DNA of 64,000 nucleotides from Trichinella spiralis (Eukaryota): NCBI RefSeq assembly GCF_000181795.1, contig NW_003526943.1, positions 2,179,666 to 2,243,665 of the forward strand, read 5' to 3'. Shown piece by piece: positions 1 to 15,503 of this stretch (position 1 is its first letter; each line of letters starts with the position of its first letter). The notes under the pieces were generated by a model. It saw only the letters and a program-made list of their open reading frames with translations, ran no database searches and was not told where the DNA came from. The position numbers and the translations under genes were made by a program.

Positions 1-422
1 TTTTCAAACAAAGTATAGTTTAGTATCTTAATTATGGAATGGAATTAATTATCCTGAAATCATTTTTACTGTTCAAATACGTTTTAATAAAATAAACACG
101 CACATCATGTCTCTATATACAGCTCTTTGCGTCGTCAATATTTAATTAAAGGAGGTAATGGTTATGAAAAAGGTTTAAGATAAGACACAAGTAAAATGTT
201 ATATATAATTATCAACAAATCTATATTTTAGAAATCTGAACAGTTTATGCATTTTTGTTAACCAATTTTAATGTGAATGTATTTGCTAATATGATTTATA
301 TGTTCGTAATGGTAAATTATTTCGCATTTTTGTAATATTTTCAAATGTCAAAGTTACAAGTTACATTTCAGCAGTGCTATGCTGAGGCGACAAGTGCAAC
401 GCGTTTTTCGCTTTTCCCTGCT

Positions 423-424
<2 letters not shown>

Positions 425-492
<68 letters not shown>
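425..492. repeat. (AT)n microsatellite
   Basis: Uninterrupted AT dinucleotide run. Confidence 0.97.
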
Positions 493-495
<3 letters not shown>

Positions 496-660
496 CAACC
501 TCTTCCTCGTTGTAATTTAGCTTGTTGTTTTCTTAAAACTGCCTCTGCTTGTTGTTTCAAATAAAAATAAAAATTCAAAAGTTGTTGCACTTTGAATGAA
601 TTCCATTAAATTACAGTCATCCGAAATGGTGAACTCTGGAGGAAGTGAAAAAGTAAATTT

Positions 661-3600
661 TCAACAAAACGTTTCCGGTAAATTTCCACAGACATCTTGT
701 TCCAACGCCAGCGTGGCCACTTCCTTGCAAAATTCTTCGAACACAACGGCTGAGTACAGTAACGGTTCCATTGCTTCACCGAAGCCAACATGCGCTAATG
801 ATTCTTTCTCTGCTTTTCTTAACCTGTTGCTAATCAAAAAAAAAGCAAACGAAAAAACAGTTTGTTATATATATATATAATGGGAAAAAACGATAAAGAA
901 GCAAGCTATTTTGCATAATTTACTATTTTGCACGATTACGCCGTCGCCAAGAAAGCGTTATTTCTTTGAAATTTGATGCCGTTGCAACCGGATTAACGTG
1001 GCGTTGATGGCTAGCAGAGGATGATTCGGCAATGTCGTCGGACGGCGACGATGCGGAATCACGATTCTGTCGTGCAGAAAGCATATCACGGGCGTATTGT
1101 AAACGAGTAGCCAGATGCTCGACTGAACCGAGTCGAGCTTGCAAATCAGTCGACAATTCTGAAAGAATCTGAAGAAAATATAATAATTAAACATACATAT
1201 ATAAATACAACACAATGATACAATGATCTTATTTTGTTCATTCAATCATGAAAACATATCTAAATGCATAATAAATTTGTGATAATTTTACAAAAGAGAA
1301 TTGTATCCATGTTATTATAATATAAAACAGTGAAAAAAGAATATCGAAATTGAACAAAGCACATGCAATTGTAACTGCACGTTAATCTGCACAATACTGT
1401 GCATATATAATTAACAAACTGGAACTATAGAATTTTTTTAACCAATGAAATAACATTTATCATTCAATTCATTTAAAGAACAAGCTTTTATTGTGCATGT
1501 GCAGCGAGTGTATTGTGCGTGTTCATCTGAATTGTATTCGGTTCAATTTGCAAATGCAAACTCATTGAGATCAACTCACAGGAAAATAAAAGTTCAAATG
1601 CTGAAAGCAAACAAAACGTTCCCTATATAAGAAGATACAAATTTCTCCAACAAGCATGAGCATACTGGATAAGAATTCAAAAATGAAATTTCTACTTGGT
1701 ATTTTTTTGGTCGCACTTTGCGTGTAAGATTTATTCTTTTTCAAATACTGATTATTATTAATCTGCTATAGAAATTTTCATTCCTTTTAAGGTTCGCCGA
1801 AACCCCACTCGACATGCTTGTAAATATGTTGTTATTTTACAAGTGGATAATAATTTTAATGTGATATACAATTTTTAAGGTGAACAATGAAGCAGGTCAA
1901 AGATGTGTAAAAGGACCGTGCAAAGCACAATGGCAGGCGTACGAAGAAGCCTGGAACAGCAACGACTACGCAGCAGCTAAAACTGCTTCTAAAGCATTTA
2001 ATGACTGCTTCGTCGGTTGCAGATTTGGAAACCAGAATAGGAATGGTTAAGAAGATATTTCAAATTTAAGAAATTATTTGTCACACATTAGATTAGTATT
2101 ATATAAGAAGAAGCTATATATTATTACTGGGAAATGGGAAAAGTGAAATAAAAATTGAATAATATTAAAATTTTGTTTTTCTTATAAAAAAATTCTAACC
2201 TGACTGAGCGAACGTGTCGATGGTTGGAACATTGACCACGTTGAAAGCAGCAACGAAGTGATCAAAGGCTGCGGATAGCATGCCAAACGTGACAAAACGC
2301 CAGTAAGCAGAAGATTTTCAAATAAACTGTTGTCAAGCATTGATCGTAAGCGATTGAAAAGCAATTCAAGAAACGGTCCTGCAAATGCAAATCTGTAAAT
2401 CAACAAACAAGTAGCAAATTAAATAATAATTGTACCCAAAGTGGGCTTTTCCGAATTTCCAAGCATCGTCGCTTCGGTCAAATCCACTTCAATCGCAGAA
2501 TCGGTGAGTAGAAATGCCCAACTGCTGCTATTTTGGTCTTCAACTTCGCTTCGTTTGGTCAGTTGGCCCACCTCCACACGCGGTTTCTGCTGCTTCTGCT
2601 GGCCAGATGTTGACGAACTGGACGACGCCCAAGGCAAAAGAAGCTTGTCGTACATGTAACCGACGTAGTTGACCGCGTCGTGGATATCGTTGATCGGCTG
2701 TTGTTGAAATTCGACCTCTCGTAGCAGATTTTGGAATTTTTCCAAATCGGTGGCCAGTGACCAGTCGACCGTGTTTCCAAGCGAAGATTTCACTTCAGAG
2801 TCAGTCGGAAATGTGCGAGCCACCGCCCCAACATCCTCTTCGACGCCACTTCTGCTCGACAACTGTCCGTCAACGTAAGTGAGCTGGAGAAACGACGACG
2901 GTACAGTACTCGACTGATACAAATTCAAAAATGTCTCCGATTCGAACGAGACTAATTTTCTTGAATGAAAATTGTTCTCCAATTCCAAAACATCTGAAAA
3001 TTCCTAAAATCAAATTATTATTCATTTATTGAAAAAAACAAAAACATATTGAAAAATAAAATCTCAATCAACATCGCCTTTGCTACCTCCAAATCAGTGT
3101 GCGCACCACTGACGGCTAAATCTAAAGCGCTGAGCGCGTGACGACGCTTTTCCGGTGTTGACGGACTGGCAGGCTTTTTCTTAGTTAAATAAGCTTTCGA
3201 CCTGGAACGTCTGTAAGCGCAGTTTCGACTCAAAAGCTCGGCTTGGCAATCCGACCGAAGACTGCTTGCATTTCCTGTACTTCGAGCGGATTCCAAACAT
3301 GCCGTTGGCAAACATTCATCTGCTGACCACTGCTGCCGTTGGTCACTATGCGTTGTCGCCTCTTTTGAGCATTCCGTACCATCGTACTTGTATTTCCAGC
3401 TTTTACAAGACAAACGGCATCTTCCTACTCGAATTCTGGCACTGCGCATATAGTCCATCAAGCCGTATTTCAATTCGGTAAAACAACAACCTGGTGATGT
3501 TTCTTCTTCTTCCATAAAAGTCTCTTCAGTAGTACTGTTACTATTGTCTAAGAGGTAATGCAAAATCTATTAACTTGAAATAATTTCATCTGAGAAAAAA

Positions 3601-5679
3601 GAAAAAAAAGCTAAACAGTTCAACAAAATAAATTTTATAATTGAAATAACAAACCATACTCCAATTTCCGTCCGGGATGTTCACTTGGCAATCTCTGAAT
3701 GGCACATAGTTGAGAAAAACATCAAAACTGCACTTCAACATGTGGTTGTTTCTCAAATGCTGCGTTTGATCGGCCAAAATATGATCGCAGGGAATCAAAT
3801 ATCTACAAAACAATATTCAAGTGTTATTTCTGGTTGTAAATTGAACAAATTTACTTGAAAATCAACTGGAACATCAGCTTTTCAGAATTCAATTCCAACA
3901 CTGTTTCAAAAAAGGCCAAGCATACCCGAATCAACTACAACACAGAAGAAGATGAAAGAAGAAGGAAAATAATATTTCTCCTCAATCGTTAATAATTCAA
4001 ATTTCAAATGTTCACCTTTGCATGATTTTCCATTTTCTGAACCAGCAGTTCCAATATTGACACACTGTCGACACTTTTGAGCAACAGAAATCGAATGAGA
4101 GCATTGCGAAGTGGCTGCTCGGCCATGGAACGAAATATCAATTCCGTATAAGCCACAACAGCTTCCAAATCGTCCACGTTGCTCTGAAATTGGATATTTA
4201 AATTAGCAATTGAAAACGACCATCACTGACGAGTAAAATTACTTCCAACAATGCTGGTTTCAACACTGAAAGCAGAAACCCGTTATAAATATACGTAACA
4301 AGTGCTGATACAACGCGAGCATGAGAAGCCTAAATTTGAAATTTTTCACTTACATTTCACTGTCATTTGATTAAGATTAGTTATAGAAAAACAATACCAC
4401 TTAACTGCTATGCAGAAACTTTACAAGCAATAATGTTCATTAAAATAAAGTATAAAAGAATGCCAAAACAGTTTAAAATCAGAATACCAAGCAAATAACA
4501 ATCAAAACTGAAGAATTAAAAATGTAAAACTTTTCTGGTCTGCTTTTTCATTGCACAAAAGCAATTATTCATTATCAATAAATCTCTTCAAACAGATTAC
4601 AAAAAAGATTCAATTAATCATAGTGTATTAAAAAACCAAAACGAATTATACGTTAAATTTTTAAATAAATGCAATGGCAACATTTGCTCACTTGAACGAC
4701 CGCATTGACAAATTCAAGCGCATTGCGAAATGACATCAGTTCAGGCGAATGCATCAAATCAACGTTGGTCACTCGGCACCAGTCTTCGTACTGATTCGCA
4801 TAATGCAGACGTCTCGGAAGTGAAGAATATACGGCCGCTAATCCGGATGCCAGAACCTGAATAGTAAGAAAATGTTTTTTATGAATAAAAGCATAAGCTC
4901 AATGAATTGCAGTCGCATATTCAAATGGACATTACAGGACAAAAATTGGTCTCCGTGGCCATGAATTCGGCCGCTTGATCAAGATGGCAAGAAACAGACA
5001 GAACGAGCAAAAGTGCATCCCTGACGAGTTGTTCAATGTGGCCTCCGTAATACAGAAATGGCACCAAAAGGGTGAAAATGAGAAATTTCGCCGGGGCACC
5101 GCTTCCGCTTGGATCGTTGCTGAAAAAGAATTCCATCATCGTCGACTCTTCTTTTTCAGCAATTTTCGTACAAATCTGGTGAAGCAAAAAAACAAGCGGT
5201 TCTTTGACATCATTCAAAAGGCAATCTTCATTTCCGTCCAGTTCTTCCAAAACGGAAAGCAACGGCAAAAGCATCGGCTTATGCACAATCACACACGGGG
5301 TTGTTTGGCTAATGATCATCTCGTACAATTTGAATATCTGCCCCAATGCGGAAACCTTCAAAATTCCTTTGCAGCTTGTTGCCCAGCAAACAACCAAATG
5401 AAATATGCACTCGTTGAACGCATATTCCATAATTGGTCCGATTGTCAATTCCTCGTATTCGTTGGCCTCGTTCACCAACAAAGTGACAATATATTCAAGG
5501 TGACGAAATACAATTGTCTGGTGCTCTTCGTCTGGATACGATGACAGCAATGCATTGTGAACCTGATTCCAATGCGACTGGAAAACATCAAAACGTGCAG
5601 CTGCATCAGTTGAATAATCCATTGCTGAGACAGACTTTGAAGAAACAGCCATGCTTATTTTGCTCTTCAGCCAGTGCAT
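661..5679 (-). CDS. FHIP1: FHF complex subunit HOOK-interacting protein (FAM160A/FHIP1-like), multi-exon
   Basis: N-terminal exon MHWLKSKIS...FQSHWNQV...KFLIFTLLVPFLY...RDALLL. Exon GPFLELLFNRLRSMLDNSLFENLLLTGVLSRLACYPQPL splices in phase to ILSELSTDLQARL (acceptor at 1169). Last exon ...YSAVVFEEFCKEVATLALEQ...FC* ends at 661. These motifs are typical of FAM160A. Confidence 0.88.
1624..1630 (+). promoter_or_regulatory. TATA box of the nested peptide gene
   Basis: TATATAA (context cTATATAAg) starts 59 nt upstream of the ATG at 1683. Confidence 0.6.
1683..2050 (+). CDS. Nested antisense gene for a small secreted cysteine-containing peptide (79 aa, unknown family)
   Basis: Exons 1683-1723, 1792-1819 and 1880-2050 are joined by GT-AG introns in compatible phases. 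Product: MKFLLGIFLVALCVFAETPLDMLVNNEAGQRCVKGPCKAQWQAYEEAWNSNDYAAAKTASKAFNDCFVGCRFGNQNRNG*. It has a signal-peptide-like N-terminus, a TATA box at 1624 and AATAAA at about 2147. Confidence 0.85.
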
Positions 5680-6305
5680 AATTCAACCATAAATCTGCCT
5701 TTTGGATAGTACGTTAACCTATTAGCTGTTTTCTGCTGGGATAAAACTGCCACATGTGATACAAACAATCTGCAACACTGTCAAATAAAGCATACATTAC
5801 CGTAATTTAAAAATACTATCAAGTAAAAAAATTACAGTAAACTTACCAGGTAGTATGTTTTTGTTTTGCTCTAGTGGCAAATAGTGCTTTTTCAGTTTTT
5901 GCGTTGAAGTGTTCCAATTGAAATATCAAAGTTTTTATGTTTACAATATGACTTTTGTTGTGATTAAATGCGACATTACAGCTCTTGTTTTACTACATTA
6001 TTCATTTTTTTCCCTAGCTAAGGCTGGCGCAGTTTTTTCTGTACTGTTGAATGAAAGAATTTAAATATGCATATTTATCGTAAGCTTTCGATTTATCGCA
6101 GTTCTGAATGCTTTGCTCGACTGAATTTTTTTGAAGTACTGTTTTGTATTATATATGTATACGACTACTTATGAAGTGCTGTATAAGTTGTAACAAGCAA
6201 TTAAGCATGATTAGAAGATAAACTTGTTTATGGTTGCTCTTTATGATTGCGTTGCAGATTGTTTTATAATTGCTATTGAACTTTAGAATACGAAAACAAC
6301 AAGAG

Positions 6306-9555
<3,250 letters not shown>

Positions 9556-10291
9556 CGCCTCTGCAACGCTTGCACATTGTTTGCGGTGTAAAAATGAGGA
9601 AAAAGTTTTCTGACATGAAAAAACTGAAATAAGAAATTTAAATTTAAAAAATTAAATGCAATAATGTAAAAATGGTAAATTATGTAAAACGAAATTGCAT
9701 AGTATTAAAAAATCATTTCAAATCGGGCAAAAATTATTCGATGATTAATAATATTTGAATTTGAAGAAAAAAATTATTCAATTTATAAAAATGGGTTAGT
9801 AGAATGTGATTTCTTAATGCAAATAAGATATGAACAAAATTTTGTCAGTTGTTTTTTGTGGAAAATGTTTTGCAAAGAATTGTACGTTTGACTCTTTTTT
9901 TTACAGTAAACTTGAAAAGAGTTTTTTGCTGCATTGAAATTGCATTGCAATTGTTTTGTGGAGGTAAATGTGCAAATCGTAATTATTGTCGTTTGAATGC
10001 AGTTTAAAGTTTATAATTTATTTGTGGAAATTTGACACAAATTGCAAATTATCGAATAAATAGTATGCTTATTTATTTATATTTTTGAGAAAATGAAAAT
10101 GAATGAATTGGCAGTTAATTGATGAGTTTTCAAGTAAAGTTGCAAAATAGCTATGTTGAGACTTTTATTTGAAATCAAAGTTAGCCTTGTGCAACAACAT
10201 TGCGTCGATCAGTTGTTGTTGTGCAAATTATTCACGTTGTGTGCATTTGCAGATTGTCTACTTTTAGCTGTTGTGGTTTTCGAACGGAAAA

Positions 10292-13200
10292 ATGCAAACC
10301 GCTGGTAAACGGAACGTTGGTTCCGAATTGGACCGTCACCTGAGCGAATGGATCCCGGCCGAGGATATGACGCCGTTCAAGACCGCCTTTTACACCGTAG
10401 CTTTGTTCACCTTTTTGGTAGTTGTGTTTTCGCTGTTGGGTTCGGTATGCTGCTTGCTGGCTTCGTTTGCGCAGCCGATCCTTTGGGCGGTGCTTTTCGG
10501 CACCGTATTGTTTCCTTTGAAAAAGTCCCTTGCCAACGCGTTGGAATGTTGGTTGGACGAAATCCATAACACTCAGACACCATTTGCGGTTGGCTTGTTG
10601 GTGCTTCCTTGGCGACTTGCGGAGTTCAGCATTAGCAGTCTGGTGGCTCGTGTGGCGCGCAAATCGAACATCTTGTCGGTCGTTATTTATGTCTTGTTGT
10701 GGAGTGTATCCAGAAATGGACCGTTGTTGCCACTTTTCAGACGTCTGTGGAACTTTCTGGACGGCTTGTTGTTGTTCGGCTTTAACTGGTTTGTAAGTAT
10801 ACTGTTGTCTTCTTTAAGTGAACATATTCTATTTCACGGTAATTGGGTTAGTTTTACCAAAAAATATTTCAAATGCATATTGCATTTCATTTTTAATGTT
10901 CTCATGCAAATGTTTTCACTGTTAAAGAAACAATTGTTAATTCATTTAATAGGCAGTGTTGATAATAAATAAAAAAGTATATTTGGTACATACGTGTAGT
11001 GTAATTTAATGATAATATTAATAGAAGTATTGTTTATATGGTTTTAGAATCAGGTAGAGTGTGTTTAAGGATAATTGTAAAAAAACAACAAAAATATTTA
11101 TTTACTACATTCATCTTTTTTCTTATAGTATATCACCTTGTCGCTGGTGTATTTTATTGTTATATGTGTTGTGGTGGATATGAAGAAAAAAGAGCCGAAC
11201 AAATATTTTATTCGTGCTTTGTCTGTGCCGGTGTGGTATTTGGTCATTTGCATTGGTTCAAACATTTTTGGAAAGTATCGCGTGTTGGGTGCGTTGGCAT
11301 TTGTTACTTTTATAGTTTGCGTGGCGTTGGATGTGTTCAAAGATACTGAAAGTATATTATTCGTTCAGCTTTGTATTTGTTATTATTAATTATTAATTAT
11401 GATTTTTTTTCAAGAACCTCAAACAGAAAAAGATTTTGAAATGTCACATTTTGATTATTTGGAACGAATCATCGGCGCCGCTTTATTGTTATTTATTCTT
11501 AAGCACAATTACATGTTCGCTTTGGTGGGAGTGTTGCTCACGCTTGCGTCGATGAGAAAAATTTGTAAAACGAAAGAAAACTATTTATTATTAAAAAATG
11601 AATAATTTTATGTGTATTTGTTTTTCAGGTCAGTATTTTGACGGTTGGAAGACTTTGGTGGATTTTATATTGCATATTTATTGGAAATTTCACGATAATT
11701 TCAGTCCAGTGTTGCACATTTGGTTTCCACATCAGATGCGAGACTTTTTTAATCTTTGTTTTTTTGGTAGCCCAAATGTAAGTTTTCATAGCTCTTTTTT
11801 AAAATATTATTTATTTATTTATTTATTTAGTATCTTTCCAAGTTGCGCAGCTGTTCGAGCATTTTATCAACTGTAACTGTTATGGTGGTCATGATGGCTG
11901 CGCTTATTCTACTTTTGTTCTTTTTTATTGTTCAAGTGAAAACAATTTATTTTTTGTTTTATTACTTTTAATTAATTAATTAATTAATGTTCATTTTTTC
12001 AGATTGGTGATGAAAGTGCCAGTTTGGCCATGCTGTCATTTGATCTTCTCAATCGCACTTGGACCAGTGGAAATCATTTGCCAGTATTCGTTGAAAATGC
12101 ATTATCTTCACACGACCGTCAAGCGTTCATTGAAGACGGCTATTTGAAAGCTCGATCATGGTTGGGCAGTAAGGCGAGAAGCTTGCTGCAGAATGACGAC
12201 GACAATTGTGAAAAAGCACAAATGCTCGAAAATCAACTCTTGCTTATATTGGACAATATATACGACATGTGGAAATCGACCAACCGATCCAATCTTGGCG
12301 ACCAGTCGACCCTGACGACGGTTTGGGTGCATCTCCATACGGACAATTTTGGCGCGCTCAGCAGCGGATTGATTCATTATTTGCGAGCTAATTTTGCCAT
12401 CGTTTCTTCGGTCAGTTGATTAAATTGATTGCAATGTCATTTCAAAATTGACACAATGTGTGCAATTTGTGACAGATTTTGGAAGTGGCATGGAATTTTT
12501 TATTGCTCAATTTGAATGCTGTAATAACTTTGGCTGTACCGTTGCTTGGAGAAATTTTCACCTTTGGTTTCAGCTTGTTCAACATGCTTTTACAGTTTGT
12601 ACGTCTCGTTATTATGTTGTCATTATGAATTGTCGAATTGTATTCTTAATTTTTGTTCAGATTATGTTCTTGACGACACTTTTTTATTTGCTTGAATGCA
12701 GCAGAGATGTTTGGAAGCCGGTGGAAATGCTTGCTGGTTTTGTACCATTTTTGTCTACTCCAAAAGGAGGAGAAAGCGTTTTCTTTGTAGCTTTCCAACG
12801 TTCCGTCAGGTAGATGGGGGGGGGTGGTGAACATTATAGAATTAAAGCTATATTTATCATTTCATCTGAATGATGATGATAAATTGATAAAAATTAGAAA
12901 ACAACATTTATTTTTTTTAATTTAATTGTAGAAGTGTATTTGTAATTTCTTTCAAAATGTCCACATTTTATGGTCTATACACGTGGCTGATGTATTCACT
13001 TTTTGGTTTGAGTATGACCGTATTACCATCAGGTAGGTAGTGTAGAAATTCAAATGTGATTATAGCCAGGATATTTATTATATTATTTTTCTACATTTCA
13101 GTGATCGCATCGTTGCTTGCTGCAGTTCCGGTCGTTCCGCCGTCGATTGCTTGCTTTCCAGGTTGCTTGGAGCTGTGGTTGGCGAATGGTGAAAGCACGC

Positions 13201-13521
13201 TGGCCGTGCTTTTCTTGATTTGCAGCTTCGCGCCGTCGATGTTCGTCGACGCCGCCCTTTACACTGAATTGAAGCAAGAGATGGAAATAATTAATCGATT
13301 AATTAATTAATTAATTAATTTCATTTTTCAGCGAAAGTCATCCATTTTTGACGGCGTTATCAGTTTGTGGAGGCGTTTATTGGTTGGGCTTGCAAGGCGC
13401 GATCATTGGTCCAGTATTGTTGTGTTGCTTTCTGTTCGTCACTGTGCTGTACCGTTCGGTTGGAAAATCCTTCTCCGACTCGTCGTCGACCATTCATTGG
13501 GGGGTTGTCGAGAAAGAATAA
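10292..13521 (+). CDS. TMEM245: Transmembrane protein 245 (AI-2E-like multi-pass membrane protein), multi-exon
   Basis: Contains QPILWAVLFGTVLFPLK, FKMSTFYGLYTWL and HPFLTALSVCGGVYWLGLQGAIIGPVLLCC, with many hydrophobic exons. The start codon is the first in-frame ATG and is less certain. Confidence 0.85.
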
Positions 13522-13776
13522 GAATAAGATATTGCTAATTTAGTAGAAATTTAAAATGAATTTTTTTTAAAAAAAAGTATTTATTTATTCAGTTGCTTAT
13601 TATTAATAAATCAGAAATGAAAGAGAAAGAAACCGCACTGCTACTGAGACTTGTGAAAAAAATCATCGCAACAGTGGAAGAAGAAAAAATAATAAGGGGA
13701 CGGGGGAGGGAAGGGGAAGACAAAGAAACAGAAAGAAGAAGAAGAACATAACATTTTACAAATATTGTTTTATAAT

Positions 13777-15472
13777 TTAATAAATATCCGGACAATCAGA
13801 CCAGTCTTGTCGACTTTTGTGTTCCCAGTATTTTCCATTGAAGCTGTGTATAATGTTACCAGTCCAAGGATCTTTGTGCTTTGTAAACCACACCGGTTCA
13901 TAACTTTTGTACTCACGTCCTGACCAAAGAAACACAACTACTACTATTACTACTGTACTGACTTCGTTTCGGCGAAAAACTTACCCTCGGATATGGCTTG
14001 TTCAGCTTCAATTTCACGCTGCTTACGCGAGGCTCGTTGCTTCTCTTCCAATCGAATTTTCTCCACGTTGGCGTCGTCAAAATTCCCCTGCTCCATCAAC
14101 CGTTGGTCGGGTCGATTTCTCGAATCGGTCGGTGCCACACCTTCTTCTTCTTCGTTCAATTGGACCGCGAACAAAGTGAAATTGTAAAACGTTTCCGCAC
14201 CAGGTCTGGAAAAATTAGAAAGTTTTGAAAATTGGCGCTCTGGAAAAATTGTCCTCACAATGGTGGATTGCGTTTCCAAAGCAATTTCGGCGGCATCGTC
14301 TCGTAAACAGGCTTGTCAGTTGACGAATGCTTCTCCGACTGACCAATCACTTTTGCACATTCCATGTGATCATCCCAGGTTCCTTTCAAAACCCAATAAA
14401 CGACACCGTCTTTATCAGTCACCACGCCAGTCACCTGAAAAATAATAATATTTATAAAACAAAAAAGTTTATGAAAAAATTTTCTCACTTTTCTCGGCGT
14501 ATCTTTTGAAAAATAAGAATACGGAATGTACTTCAAGTGACATTTAACACCGTGCTTTTTCTCTTCAATTGTCATATCACCGTAATTGTCGATCCACAAC
14601 TTGCCGACAATAATATTGTGCACCACTGTCGTCACTTTGCGCCAAATGTAATAATTTCCAGATCTAAAATTTGAACAATTCACGAATAAACACAAATAAA
14701 CAAGTAAACAAACAGAAACCAACTCCAAAAATTCCAAATGCGAATAGCCAAGTGGAACGATGGATAAATATTTGCCACGAAACTTGGACGACATTGTAAA
14801 TTCTTGCCAAAGTTTCCAACGCTGGCTTTCGGCATGCAAAGCAGCCGCCGGGGGATGATGGCTAACCTTGAATAAAGTCGAATTAATTTTTAAGAGAACA
14901 AACAAAAAAGTTTCAAATCTGCTGGTTACTTGTTCGCACAAAGATCTCCAGCCCAAATCGTCAGTGCGATCCCATTCGTATGTTTCGCCAAGCAGTGGAT
15001 TGAACGGCTTTCCGGTACGATTTGTGGTCGTCGAATAAGATGATACGGTGAACGCGGCCACGTAGCACATCTGCTCGTAAACGTCGCCGCATTGGGCTGC
15101 TTGGTCGACAATGCTCGAATATTCCAAATCTTCTGTCAAGCGTTGCAACATCGACAACGGTTCGTTGGTGTTCACCTGAAATTTGAAACCAAACCATCAT
15201 CACACTACAAATACAACAACAAGCAGACTTGCAAGCTTGAAGCATTGCAAAGCTGAAAAGGCGAAAGTGAGATAATTAATAATAATAATTACCGGCATTG
15301 GAATTTTCGACAACTCTTTGCCAATACAATTCTTCATTATGCTCCACAAGTTGAGAGGCACGTTTGGCTTCGGTGGTATGCGCTGGCGTCTTTGGGATAA
15401 TGCTTCTTTCGCCTTCGGTTTGGAAAATTCCACATCCTGAAAAATGAAATGACAAAATTCAACCACAAAGCT

Positions 15473-15503
<31 letters not shown>

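Noticed and set aside
379..564. ORF with IYIYIY repeats (likewise 26460-26871 and 31544-31738)
   Set aside because: These are translations of (AT)n microsatellites, not genes.
596..880. 94-aa + strand ORF
   Set aside because: Antisense shadow of the last FHIP exon.
4975..5544. 189-aa + strand ORF
   Set aside because: Antisense shadow of the large first FHIP coding exon, with no independent gene signals.
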